NCBI RefSeq assembly: GCF_009834535.1
Contig: NC_045704.1
Coordinates: forward strand, 51,336,001-51,400,000
DNA from: Camelus ferus
Taxonomy: Eukaryota
Reading direction: 5' to 3'
DNA length: 64,000 nt
Shown here piece by piece: positions 23,355 to 36,573 of the stretch. The notes beneath the pieces were generated by a model that was given only the letters and a program-made list of their open reading frames with translations, did not search any database and was not told where the DNA came from. A program made the translations under genes and the position numbers. Positions within the stretch are counted from its first letter, which is position 1. Each line of letters opens with the position of its first letter.

Positions 23355-23554
23355 GCCTCAGCATGGAACCTCGGCTCTTTGATCTACTGGGCAGCCCCTG
23401 GTCTGGAAGCGGCCGCAGTCCTGAAGACCCAGGTCCCTGCGGCCCTGTTCACATGCATCTCATCAACCGTCAGTAGCATTTCCTGCTGTATCAACACAGT
23501 TAACAGGATCGTCCTTCTCAAGTGCCTGTCAACATGCTCCGATATGAAAACGTG
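23355..23554 (-). other. Candidate exon / CpG-retaining unique segment
   Basis: Minus-strand acceptor ctctgttttttgttttcaacAG (23556-23555); possible donors CCA|GTAGAT or GGC|GTGAGG (23354); ~9 CpG in 200 nt including a NotI site at 23409-23416. Confidence 0.35.
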
Positions 23555-25393
23555 CTGTTGAAAACAAAAAACAGAGATTTTTCTATCAAACCTCTTGGCC
23601 TTTAAGTTTTACTGCTGTGTATAGTATTTTGACTTATGTGGACTTTCTCATGGATGTTTTGTGTGACTAGGAAGAGCCTGACCTCAGTAGGTATGTATGA
23701 ATAGAAACTTCACCAGTTGTCAAGAAGCTTGACTTTCCAAACAGTTTAAAGGGATGGCTTGTCCAAAGCTTAACCCTAGTTCTGAGGCTTCTTTTCTGTC
23801 ACTCTCCAGGAAGGATTGGACAGGACCAGTATGCTTTGAGAATAATTAACTTTTATGGAAGACCCGTAGAAAGCTTGCAGCAAAGCAAATGGTGATAAAA
23901 ACACAGCGTCCTGCCCTTTGCAAGGAAATCGCTCTCATGGCCAGGACTGATTTCAGCCTACCAAGGATTAAACTGTTTAATTGGACTTCTGGTTAGGCAT
24001 GGGAGAGTCTGCATTCCCCATTCCCAAAGGCAAAACTGCTAACCAGGCACCCCTGACAGCGCACCACTGATAGTTTTGAAGGTGGTTTTTGGAAGTGCAG
24101 GAACAAAGTAACAACGAGATCTCAGGGACTGAGCAGAACTGAAAGGGGACTCGCTTTCTCACTTGCTGATTATATCAAGGGGAAGTGTTTTGGCTCAGAA
24201 CTAGTAGGTCTTTAATACCTCTCTGTTAAAAAAGAGAGATTAGAGAGCATTAAAGAGAGAACAAGCCTGGGGTAGAACCTTTAGCAGGCAACTGTGTCTC
24301 ATTAGAAGGTAATTGGAAAAAAAAAAAAACAGTGAAAATAATACAATTTTTAAAAATTCTTTTTATGGCAAATGATATAAGGATTACTTTTTAAGTATTT
24401 CTATTTGGGGGGAGAAAGTGAATTGTCTTAGAGACAAATATTATGGAAGTATTAGTACACAGGGTCCTCCGAATATGTCCTGAGGGATTCTGATGTTTCC
24501 CTCTAATCTACTTTTTGCCCCTTTACTTCCAACCCAAGAGCAGAGAACGAACACAGGGTATTTTGAATCCCAGGGAAATTCTACACACAATAGAACAAGG
24601 GTCATTTTTAGAATCACAGCTGTTTCCATCAGATAATCTCAAAAGTTTCTTTAGCCTGTACCTGCTCACTGTTCAGATGAGACTCCTGGGGCCCAGAGAG
24701 GTACTCAGATTTGCCCAAATTTAGTGGCAGAGCCAATGCAAGGACTCACGGCTCCCTGCTCGCCATCTGCCAAGTGAAGCCGCCCAAGCAGGTTTGGGGC
24801 AATATGCCACCCTTCTCAGTTCCAAATCTTTCTTCCTGCAAACACTAGGCTGTAGATATTGGCCAACTGGGACAAGAGGAGCCTCAGCCTGCCAGCTCCG
24901 AGGCAGAGACCATCTGGTGTGTGAGAAAGACGTGTGGCGATGACCTCAGGGAGGAGATGACACCAGCCCCAAAGCCACTGGAGACCCTGCAGTTCCGTTC
25001 TTCCAAAGAGCTTGGTGATGGTCTGTTCTTTCCTATGACATGGGAGTCTGTCCTGTGTTTATTATTCCCACAGCCCAGTCCCAGGGTGGGCCCTCTGCGA
25101 TTACTTCCCAGCCCCACCCTGTCTAAACATCCAGCCCCTACTCGGTTCTCCTGGTCACTCCAGCAGAACGTCTCTAAACTCTACTGCTGATAAAAGCCAC
25201 TGTACCAAATGTCAGAGGGGTCTGTGTCATTTTGTTTACTAGATTCGGTCCCATTGATCATTAGAAACCCACTTATGTTTTAACAAGAACAAAAACAAAT
25301 TCAAATGAAAAAATCGCCATAAGGAAAATTACTTTCTGGTCTCACTTGTCCAAACAGGCATTGGTCCACACAGATACTATTGATTCATGGATA

Positions 25394-25476
25394 GTGTGTA
25401 TATATATTCAGTGTATGTATGTGAGTGTATATATATATACACACACACACACATATATATATACACACACACTGAA
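25394..25476. repeat. Compound (TG/TA/CA) alternating purine-pyrimidine microsatellite
   Basis: Read directly; bracketed by inverted ttcagtgt...acactgaa. Confidence 0.9.
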
Positions 25477-26441
25477 CACGGCCAAGATTGTACTGGCCAC
25501 AATTTTTTTCTCTTCGGATTTTTCTTTTCTCGTTTGGTAATCAGAGCAATTGGGAATTCTATAAAATTGAGTGCGTTGGTGTCCTCGAAGGAAAAGCACA
25601 TTGATTTGTTTCAGATTCACGAGATCAGCAGGAATGGAATCTAAATTCTGCTAGAATGACACCCGAGCTGGGATAACGCATCTTTTTGAAACTTAGGTTA
25701 AGGATATTCCCTTGTGTGCCAGAATTCACTCTCAGCCATCTTGACCGGCATTCTATTACGCGTAGCAAACATCAAATGAGGACTCCATTTGGATAAAGAA
25801 CTGTGAGGAGACAGTTTTACAAGAGAGGGAGCAACTCTGTGCCTCTCTCTCCTTCTGTTCTGACATGCAGTTTCCACCTGCTCTTTCTTCAGTGAGAGAT
25901 CTGGATGAAAGTGCCTGATGCAGAATGAAAATTCATACTATGCTGTCAGAGACTGGTCCAGGATCATTTCCTGATGTCACCTGGTCCTCAAGCAGAAGAC
26001 TGTTGATACACAAGCACAGAGACAAATCAGCACAGCCGTCAAGAACCTGGCTGGGAAGTCAGACTGCCTTCCTTTGAGAATCCTGGCCCCAACACGAAGC
26101 AGTTCTGGACTTGAGGCACCTAACTGCTTCAAGCCTCCATTTCCCCATCTTCAAAAGGGAGAATACAACAAGATCTTCCTCCCAGGTTGTGGAAGGGTCA
26201 TACAATACCCTTAGAATGTGCCTGGCACTAAGCTTTTGTGGTTCTGACATGCACGTGCCAACAATAATAAAAACTGTTGGTAGTTTTTATGCATGGGTCA
26301 GCCTTTGCTCACCCCCAAGTAAAGAAACTGGGTCCTAAATTCTCCCTCTTGTCTGGTGTATTTGAAATAGAATGAGTAGAACTCTCATCCCAGCCCCAGT
26401 ACTAATTCAGAATCTTGACAATGGGTAAATTACTTCCTCTC

Positions 26442-26980
26442 TGTATTCACCAGGACTCTCTTGGTTTTAAGTAACAGAAACCCAACTCAAACCAGTTTAA
26501 ATGTAAGATAAGATTTATCAGATTATGCAACTGGGAATCCAAGTACTGGCTACAGACACTATGAGATCTAGAGATTATGAATGACTAAACTATGATGACT
26601 TCCTTTTTCTGACGTCTTGCTCCCATCCCCGCTGGATTCTAATTCTTGGCTGTGTTTCTGTTGTGTCTCATCTAACCCCCTCCTACTGCATGCAAGCTTT
26701 CCTTGCGTGGTTTAGTAGATAACTCTGATTCACGCCTTCTAATTCTATATCCCAAAAGACAGAATCCCTTTTCTTTCAGCTCTAGATGAACAGAGTCCTG
26801 GAGAAGAACTTGGAATGACTCAGCTTGGGGCATGGAACTAAAAGGTGGGCCAATTGTCGTGGTTGGAGAAAGGTGGTTCTAATGATTGGCTGGGTCTGCA
26901 TTATATGCCCAACCAGGTCTCAGCTGACCCACATTGAATGGGTGAGAGAACATCCAGGGAAAAGAGGGGGTTGCAAGTAA
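26442..26980 (-). mobile_element. Old MaLR LTR (MLT1K/L-like)
   Basis: tgtattcaccaggactctcttggttttaagtaacagaaacccaactcaaac...gattggctgggtctg. Confidence 0.7.
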
Positions 26981-27489
26981 AAATTAATTGTACCCTTTCA
27001 CTCACAGTACGAAATTCTCTGTGCTGAAGAATTTATATCTAGATGTTGATGGTTCTCATTGGGGGTACATGCCAGAATCTCAGGAAAAGAATTAAGTGTT
27101 AATTAATTTTAGTCTTTTCTTTATTTTCTCAATTTTATCATTCTTAGTAACTCAGGGCTTTCCATGTCCTCCCCAGGCAAGAGTTCATTGGTTTGTTTGT
27201 TTTCAACTTTGTGACCCACTGAGCTAGAAGATGGCTCATGATGAGGAAGGGAGAAATGATTGTCATTGGTGTGGTCCCTGGGTCTGGACCATATGTTCCA
27301 ATTTCCAGCCTGACTTAATTTTCACACCCTAAAGGAGAAGGGGACTGGCCTACAGGGTTCCAAAGAGGACTCTGTGGTCCTGTTGTCCAATCTAATTCCT
27401 CTCCTCCCACTCCCCACGCCCACCCCAGAGCATTTTAAGTGAAGGGGACGCGGAGCGCAGGAAACAGTATAAACAACTCCTTCCAAGAG

Positions 27490-27640
27490 AAAACCTTGGG
27501 GGTGAAGTCTGGACCCTACTGCTCACAAGCTGTGTGACCTTAAACCGGTTATGTTACCTGTCTGAACCTTACCTTCCTCCTGTAAATGGGGTAGGGTTAG
27601 CTGTTTCAAAGGCTTGTTGATAAGATTAAATTAGATACTT
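27490..27640 (+). mobile_element. MIR
   Basis: agctgtgtgaccttaaacc...cctcctgtaaatgggg. Confidence 0.75.
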
Positions 27641-27659
27641 CGGAGGGGGGATAATTAGA

Positions 27660-28320
27660 TACTGCAAAGCATATCTTCTGCTTCCAGACAAGATGAATTA
27701 ACAAGAGTTACCCTCCCATTTGAAACCAACCAACAAACAGAAAGAGACAAATACATGAAAAAAATATTTTCAAGACATTGTACATCAAGCAACCAAAGAG
27801 AATGAGAGATGGAAGGTGGAAGAGAAACAAAGCTAGTGCTACAATTGCCCCAACTTGCTTCCAACAGGGGTAACCCAGGTGGAACTTTTGACTCTTTGAG
27901 TTGGATTTCTGAGCTGAATGTCCAGCAAGACCAAGGCAACTAGAGTAAACAGACCCCCGTGACTAGCATAAGCAGGGCAGAATTTCGGAGACGAGAGAAC
28001 TGCACTTTGAGAGAACCCCAAAGATCAGCAGAGAGTCCACCTTGCATATACAGCAGAGCAGTGATCAGCATGTTCCTGTAAGGAAGCTATTCAAAGTAAG
28101 GCAAAGAACAACCAAAAGGATTAAAGGAAATGTTGCTAGGTACCTACCCAGCACCAGGAATAATGCCTTTTCCCCCAGTGAAAACACATATTTCATGGGG
28201 CGTCGAGAGAGTACTCAGGAAGGTCTTGCTATAGTAGCAGGGGATAATTAGCTCTGAAAGCACCACTCTAGACCTGCCCAGGAAATCGTAAGTTCGAAGA
28301 CCCAAAATGATCAAGTTGTT
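27660..28320 (+). mobile_element. Old L1M 5'-region fragment
   Basis: aaatacatgaaaaaaatattttcaagacattgtacatcaagc resembles L1M 5' ends; family uncertain. Confidence 0.45.
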
Positions 28321-28860
28321 CCCAAGTAATGGTATAAGAAGACAGTGAGACTGTCTAGAGCAGTAAGTAGGTCTTGCTTCTGCCTGGATGCTCCACCATG
28401 CTAAAGTTCACAAGGTTGCAGCTGGACTCTCCCTCCATGGGAGAGTAGGAAAGGAGACAGACAGTGCTCCGAGGGATGGGACTTGAAAAGTGTACACGTC
28501 ACCTCTGTTCTCAGCCCACTGGCCAGAACTGAGCCTCAGGTCAAACCTGACTACGATGAGGCTTCTAAGGATAGTCTCTAGCCCCAGGGAGGATCCCAGC
28601 TCAAAGGAAAAAGAAGAACATGTACACTGCAGGTGATTACCAGTAGATACACAACCCTATTCCCTTTTATTCTTTATCCAGTCCCCCTCTTTATCTGGCC
28701 AATTAGCAAATGTGTGGCGGCCCCTCAGGACCTTAATCTCCATGAAGACAAGAACCAGGTCAGTTTGGTGTATTCCTGCTCAATACCTGTTTTTGTTTGT
28801 TTGTTTTGTTCTTGCTTCTTTTCTTTTCTTTTTTAGTTTTATACTATTTCCCTACATTGT

Positions 28861-29092
28861 TTTTCTTTCGACAGCCTTATTGAGATATACTTCACATACC
28901 ATCCAATTCACCCGTTGAAAGTGCACAATTCAATTGTATTTAACTTTATTTGGAAGATTATGCAACCATGACCATGATCTAATTTTAGAATTTTTTATGA
29001 CCCCCCAAAGAAATCCCCCGCCCATTAGCAGTCACTCTCCATTTTTCCCTCGACTGCTTCACACTAGGCAAGAAGTAATCTACTTCCTTTGT
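28861..29092 (-). mobile_element. L1MB-type 3' end inserted in an L2 3' end
   Basis: gccttattgagatatacttcacatacc...cccattagcagtcactctcc; L2 text on both sides (~28690-28790 and ~29105-29160). Confidence 0.8.
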
Positions 29093-31190
29093 TTTAAACA
29101 CATGCAACTGCAACAAATCTCAGCCACACATAGAGTGGGAATTCAATAAATATGTCCTGGGCTTAGTTAAAATCTTACTGCTGTCATCACACATTCTCAA
29201 ACTAAAGATCCCCTCCAAAGATTTTTTTGGAAACACATACTGTTACTTAATGGACTTTATTACTGTATCTAGCGGCCCAGAGTAAACAAATAAAATCCCA
29301 CTACCTGGCAGCTGGCAATTGTCTCATTTTACCTCCACCTTTATCACAGACTTCTGCGAAGGGAACAACTGTGGCTCCCATTTTACAGATGAGAACACTT
29401 GAGTCTGGCTTCTCCATCTAGGGCTGGCTGATTTTGAGAATTGTTAACACCCTTGCTCAACACAGGGCTGTCTGAATCTTCAGCTTTGGCCAAGCAAAAA
29501 ACACAAAAACCGTTAGGTCATTAAGTCTTAGAAAACGTTGTCTTAACAGGGCTATTTTCGCCTGGGTGTGCGACCTGTTACATAAACAATATTTGTTTTT
29601 TAATGGAACCATCACAACCTGCTGACTGATCTGCTTGCCAACCACCCTCCTATCAGGTACTCCTCCTGTGCCATCGTTTTCCCCAAAGTGACATAAATAT
29701 CCTCACCAACACTCAGAAAAACTGGGCATCCTCACAGACAAGAATTATTTGCTCCTTAAACTGTTTCCCAGCTTGCTCTCTGAGTTGGCAAGATGTCTCT
29801 GTTCAATCACTTGATATTCTGACTTTTTTTTTTTTTTTTTTTACAGTAAACTCTGCAAACAACCAGAAGCATTGACACCTGCCCTTTCTAATTGGGTGGG
29901 TCTGGGGACATGGAAACAGGAGGCTATTTGGGGCTCTGCTTTCTCAAAGAAGGCCCTCCCAGTTTGGATCTACTTGCTTTATTGCAATATAGCCACTTAA
30001 AGTACCAAAATGAAAATAAAAATTGTTTAAAGTATTTATTTCATAGCTCCTGGTCCTTGCCCTGAGCCACAAAGTTGCCAAATGTTGCTGTCTGCGCTGT
30101 CTCTCCTTCCAGCTGGTCCCCTTTTCAAGGGAACAACGTTCTTTCTTTCCAGACACATTGCGGAAAGGATGGATGAAGTGAAGAGTGGCTGGTGAGGGTA
30201 GAAGCTGCCTCAGAAGCAAGGGATGAGTGACAGGATAGTGGGAATGTCTAGGAGGAGCGCCCTGCAGATCCGCTCCTGGAGACTTTGAATTTTTGAAGGC
30301 ACGTGGAAGGCAGCCAGGGAAATTCAGATACACTCACCCGGTAATAGATTATTCAGATGCATCTCAGAAAGACAGCTTGGTGGGGGCTGACAGCTATTGT
30401 TTCCTTTTGCCACCTTTCACAGGGAGGGGAGCCAAGGAAATGTGGGGTAAAGATGCAGCCTTTCGGGGACGGGAGGCAAGAGGTCATCCAGCCAGTGAAA
30501 CTTATTGTTCAAGTATTTGCAAGCCTCCTTCCTTTCTCCAGTCTGAGATGGGCAGCGGTGTGAAGTAGAACCCAGTAAGAAGGAAAAGATGGAGAAGAAG
30601 GAAAAATGAATGCAGACACTATGGACAAATGGAATTTTTGTGAGCTTAATGATTTCTCAGTTCTTTGTGGGGTGGATAATATGAACGCACCATAGTTCAG
30701 TGCATGCACAAGTTTTGTAAGATAATGAATATTAATCCCGATTCACCATGCTTTTATTGCACTGCATGTTGACTTTCGGTTATTTTTAAGTAGACTACTG
30801 CAAGAGCTTAGGAAATGTTATACCACTCTCCCCCTCAGTGTGATTTTCTTGCAACTTTTTTTTGACAGATGAACAAATGTCTACGATAATTTCTGAATAC
30901 TACTTTCTACTGGTTGTTTTTCATGAACATCATGGGTGAGCATTTCTAGGCTGGAAAAGAAAGAGCTTCTAGCACAGTGATTTTAACTTGGGGTGCATAA
31001 GTATTGTGGGGAGGGTGGAAAATGGGAAGGTGTAGATTTAGATTTTCCCAGGGGAAAAGGCATGAAAACACTTGGAAAGATCTTTAAGTTATCTCACAGC
31101 TTAGATTTAATGTTGTACAAACAATGCATTCTATTTGGAAAGTTCAAGGGATTGAGCTAAGATTTTTTTTTTTTTAAACAAGGAGGGGGT

Positions 31191-31243
31191 TGACACAACA
31201 TTGTAAAATGACTATAACTCAATAAAAAAATGTTAAAAAAAAA
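31191..31243 (+). mobile_element. 53-bp young camelid L1 3'-end micro-insertion with TSD
   Basis: tgacacaacattgtaaaatgactataactcaataaaaaa; TSD aaggaggggg(g)t at 31180-31190 and 31244-31255; same family as 1038-1176. Confidence 0.88.
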
Positions 31244-34028
31244 AAGGAGGGGGGTAATGTTGACCTAGTAACAACTTCCCATTTATAAGTACATTGATAT
31301 TCAGAGTAACTTACAAAAGGCAAACCCAGCCAGTGGAAGAGGCAGAGCTGAGACTTGGAACCAATTACTCTGATTCCACACTCAAACCCCTTTACAAGAT
31401 ATTCATGTGGCTGGGACATGTTCTGGTGTCTGTCCTCATCATCTCTCTGCTGAAGAGAGGACAGTGAAGAGCGTCAGGATGGCAGCTGATGTGCTTCTAC
31501 ATGCAGTATGTGTTCAGTAAATGTGATTAGTTTATGCTAATCATTGTACTAAGCTTTTGTATTTATCATCTCATTTCAGCCTGATACTACAAGTTGGGTA
31601 CCCTCATCACTCCCATTTCACTGGTGAGCCAGCTGAGCTTGAGGACAGCTTCTGTATTTTGCACACAGTCACACAGTTGGCACCTGGCTAATTCAGTATT
31701 AGTGCTCATGGCAACTGGATGCAAAACCTCTACTCCTAATTGCTGGAACATATATACATCTAAGACCACAGCTGCTTCTGTTCTCAAACAATGTGGGCTC
31801 CCGCTTTGGTAGAGTTTGAGTAGAATTTGACCATCACTCCTTCTCAGTGTTCCAACAGTTGCATGGCCTGCCTCAGCATGCAGTGCACTGAACATCACAG
31901 AGGAGAATCAAGTAGATGTAGAATGCCCACTGGGAAAAGATGTCTCTGATCCAGGGTGAAACATTGTACCTGAGGTCTTTTCCAACACTGGGTGTCTATG
32001 ACTCTCAAGACTTGCTTTCCATGCCCTGTCACTTGGCTTTTGATCCACTGATTTTGGCTTTCCCACTTGTATCTCTCAGATTGTGGTGTCCGCTGGTGTC
32101 ACCAAGGTGTATACAGTCCTGACCATGCTGCTAAGCTGCCTTCAGAAGACATACGTGGATTCCAGAGGCAAGGATTTCTGAGAGTTTAATGTTTCTTTTT
32201 ATTTTCCCAGTGAATCAGGCAATAAACAGCAGTGAAAGGGCTAGACTTTTGCTGGAGTCCCAGCTGGTATAATAACATGGGCTTGTTGAAGTTTGCTGAG
32301 ACCACACAAAAGTGATGGATCTTTGCTTGGAAGCTGCCTGCCACATAGAAACCTAGCAGCATGCTGGAAGTGCAGATTATGTGAACAGGAAAGGACTTGG
32401 TTATCAACTAAAAGTCACCTTGGCTTTGACATATGAGAAAAAATCAGAGAAAGCAAGCAAATTGCTCTATGTCATATAGCAAGTTGGTGTTAAAGCTGGA
32501 ACTAAAACTTAGACAGGGACACCCCTGAGACTGTCTTCATGGCTTCTCCCATCAACTAACCATCCATTCAACTAACTCCTCTTAAGGGTCTTCTTGCTGT
32601 TGTCTGTGATAGATGGTAGAGATTCAAAGATGAAGACTCCCCACAGCTTGTTTGGGTAGTTGATGGTGTAGCAGGAAGAGAAACACAAACCTATTCATTA
32701 TACGAATTTAAAAGAACTCTAGTAGAGACATTCAGATTCTATGGAAAGACAGAGAAGACAGTCGCTGAATTTCCAGGGAAGTCATCCTGGCAGTTTTGTT
32801 TGAACTAAACTTTGTGGGATGAGTAAGAGGCTGTTAGGTAGCTTTGTAGGAAAGAGAGAGGCAATTTAAGAACATGGCACAGACATGAGGCTGTGTGCAG
32901 ACCTGACTGAAAGCCTTCTCTTCACACGTATGCTAAAAACAGAGATGGAAAAAGTTGGAAAAGTAGAAACACTGTCTACCCTAGACAACCTTTTGGGATG
33001 TGGGCTGTCTAGGAAGCCTCCCCCACAGAGGAATCCATGGAAATGTGGTCAATCTGGAATAACTGTCTTAAAATAACCTAAAATATCTAAGGACCTATCT
33101 AACTTGCCCTGTCTCATTCTGTATCAGTTTGATTCTCCAAGACAGTTGTTGGCATCAAGAAGAGAGGGAAAAGTCTTAAGTAAGGGGAGGACCAAGGAAG
33201 CACAACAGTTTCTCAGACATATTCCTTTACGGAGGCAGCTTAAGGGTGTGGTCAAAGACATGTAATTTAATAACACCAAGAGACCCCATAATGCAAGACA
33301 GACAAGCGAGGAAGCCAAGAGGCAAGGTGTGGAAAATAAGACTCAGGATCCACCGTTGCCTGCACCAGAAGTTTGCAATGTTTGTAACTCTGTCTTAAGG
33401 TGCAAGAGTCCTTATGACTGAGCACATCCTTACAATATATATAAGGCTCATTGCAACAGGGTCCAAAGACCGCCATGATTGGAAAATATGCTCCATATGG
33501 TTAGGGTGGTAATAGGATGGACAGTTCACACTACCCACTCCAAGAAGGCCCACAGACCTCAAGGAACTGACAAAGCTACATAGTCTCTCCATCAAAGCTG
33601 TGGCATAATGCCAATGAAGCCAAAATGAGGAGTTTACAGTTCCAGAACGATCACATGTCTCTTTGAGGAAAGAGTGGCCGGATTTACTTTCTCTTCAGTA
33701 TCTATCTCTGCCTTAACATGTTTTATTTTTCTGTTTTTTTTTTTTTTTTCTTTTTCCTCTAAAGAGATTTGCTTCAGGTCAGCCAGAGAGAGGAGTTTTG
33801 CTTAACTCAAGATTTGGCATGGACAGCCAGAGTGGAATAAATTTTGAAAGATCTAAAATGTGGGGTCTGGAATGATTGGCCAAAGTTTCTGAAATTCTTT
33901 TCCACATAAAGTCAGCAACTACTCAAAGGGTATTAGGAAGTCTGTACCTGCCTATAATTATCTGATGAATATCATTATTTGATGCATGTAAGGAGCCACA
34001 CAAATCCCAATTTTAAATACATATACAC

Positions 34029-34409
34029 TATAATCGTTAACTTTCTGTGTCAAATTGGCTGGGCTATGGTGCCCAGATATTTGGTCAAACATTATTCTGG
34101 ATGTTTCTGTGAAGGTGTTTATTGGGTGAGATTAACAACTTTAAATGATGGGCTTTGGGTAAAGCAGATGGCTCTCCACAGTGTGGGTGGGCCTGATACA
34201 ATCAGTTGAAGGCCCTCATAGAAACAAGGCTGACTTTCCCCAAGTAAGAAGGAATTCTGCCAGCAGTCTGCCTTTGGATTAGAAGTGCAAGTCTTCCTGG
34301 GTCTTCAGCCTGCCAGCTTACTCTGCAGATTTTGACTTACCAAGCCTGTACAATTGTATGAGTCAATTCCATACAATAAATCTCTTGAAAGACATGGATA
34401 GATAGATAG
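34029..34409 (+). mobile_element. ERVL solo LTR, MLT2B, running into (GATA)n and a gap
   Basis: tgtgtcaaattggctgggctatggtgcccag...cacagtgtgggtgggcct...aataaatctc. Confidence 0.88.
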
Positions 34410-34606
34410 NNNNNNNNNNNNNNNNNNNNNNNNNNNNNNNNNNNNNNNNNNNNNNNNNNNNNNNNNNNNNNNNNNNNNNNNNNNNNNNNNNNNNNNNNNN
34501 NNNNNNNNNNNNNNNNNNNNNNNNNNNNNNNNNNNNNNNNNNNNNNNNNNNNNNNNNNNNNNNNNNNNNNNNNNNNNNNNNNNNNNNNNNNNNNNNNNNN
34601 NNNNNN
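34410..34606. other. N-gap (197 nt) after (GATA)n
   Basis: Run of n. Confidence 0.98.
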
Positions 34607-36129
34607 CTACTCGATGTTAGGCAATATGTCAGATTATTTATATCTGTTTAATTCTCACAAGTATGTGACAATCTAGCTATCTTTATCTCCAGCCTACGGG
34701 TGAGAGAATTGGGACTCAGAAAGATTAGATAATTTGATCACAGCTTTCAAGAGACAGAGCTAAGACTTCAGCTCAAGTCCATCTGACCAAGACATTGTGC
34801 TCAATTCCCCAAGTGATGACAAGTAACTAGGAAAAATGAAACAAATTAAGTGGCAGAACATATGAAGGGAGAAGACCCACAAGTGTGGAATCATCTCCCA
34901 ATAACCATCACCAGCAAAATCATTTGCAGTTGGAAAAGACAGTCTGCTGGAAGAGACAGGGCTGCCCTGGCAAAGGCAGGCAACAGTCCAGATCCCCATC
35001 TCCCTCCATCTCGGCCCATTCTCCACATCACTTTGATGGGTTTTAGCTGATTCCGGATGTGCCCCGGAGGGAGAAAATTCATGGCAGCCCAAGAGGAGGA
35101 CAATTAGGTTTCACATTAGCTCCACTCATGACTTCATCATTGACTGTTTTTCTTTGTTGCAGTATTTTAGAAAATTATCCCAGACAGATTTCTGGAATAC
35201 AAGGGACTTGGAGATATTTTTCAGTCAAGGACATTCCACCGAGAGCAAGCCTCAAGATTGACTCATCAGAGGAAGTGTGTTTTCGGGCAGTGCCAATGGA
35301 TACAGGAAGCTGAATCCCAGCTCTGCAATTTTAATCTAGGTGGACGTGGATATGGGGGCAGATCCCCAAGTTTATCCCCAGATCTCCAATGCCTCCCTTA
35401 GATACGAATGGAAGAGGACTATAGTCAGCCCCACTTCTTCTAGCCTTCCTCCTTTCTCTGGCCATGCTCTTAGCTTCCCCCCAAGACTGGGAAACCTTCA
35501 CCCAGTTTTGATTGTGAGTTAATCTTAACCATTCCTTTGCTTAAAAATAACCAACTCAGAGTGCCTAGGGGTGAAGTCAGGGGGGCATCTTTGTACCTAG
35601 AGACAAGCATTTGATTATTTCAGCATTTGTATGCCCCCCATACCATTCTCCACTAGCTTAGATAATCCAGTGTTGACCAAATGATTGTTCCCCCTTGATC
35701 TCCATAGTGTGAACATTTATTTCCAGCTTCCCCCAGATTTTCCACGGATGCCTTTGCATCCCAAATGTGTCTCAGTGCTCTCCAAATTTGATTTTGTTTT
35801 GTTTTTATTTTTCCCTCTGTATAGTCTTTAAGTAGTCCCCGATGGTGTACACATGTGATTTCATATCATGAGAATGGTGTGGCCGTAGCAATGAAGCATT
35901 AGAGTGTATCATAAATCAACCACAGTTTGGGGAAACGATGACAAGTGTGATTTATAGGCTATTTCAGCTCTGACTTCCATATAGCTATTCTCTGATTCAC
36001 AATTATCCCTTGGAGGAATAGAAAGTAAAAGAAAGTACAGTGTGGGTGGTAGATTCCCGCCACAGAAATACATGATAGTCATCATCTCCATATAGGAAAG
36101 CAGATATTTATGCTTTCCAAAGGATGACT

Positions 36130-36144
36130 GTTGCCCATGGCAAC
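36130..36144. promoter_or_regulatory. Palindromic RFX X-box
   Basis: GTTGCC-cat-GGCAAC, fits GTNRCC(N0-3)RGYAAC. Confidence 0.55.
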
Positions 36145-36432
36145 TGGGAAACTGTCAAAACTAGAAGAAGTGAGTCAACTAAATATCATTTTCCTTTGAC
36201 CTGGGTAAAACAAGACTGATTTTACATGTTGGTGAAGAGAATTAGAAAATTGCCCGTAATTTATGGCATAGTCAACCCCTAGAATTTAATCTAAGCTACC
36301 CATATGTAAATTGAATATATAAATATTGAGATCAACTTTCGTTTAGGTTAAGTGGCAGCAGAAAGTGTGACTGATTTTACCAAAAGGCACTTCTTTTTAT
36401 ACACAGACGACTTGTGGTCTATCAGCCTTAGC

Positions 36433-36573
36433 TAGGGTGGACCATATAATTTATCTTCCAATTTGGGATATTTTTAAGAATGAAAGGGGGTGCTTTTAAG
36501 TATTCCAGTCAACAGGGGTAGCCCCTGGCAAACTGGAGCCTGCTGTGAGCCTTATCATATGTCGCAGTCACCT
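36433..36573 (+). mobile_element. MER94 (hAT-Blackjack MITE)
   Basis: tagggtggaccatataatttatcttccaa...gaaagggggtgct...gtcacc terminal repeats. Confidence 0.75.

Noticed and set aside
26591-26612. C/D-box snoRNA (ATGATGA...CTGA)
   Set aside because: Boxes only ~10 nt apart, no terminal stem, and inside an MLT1 LTR
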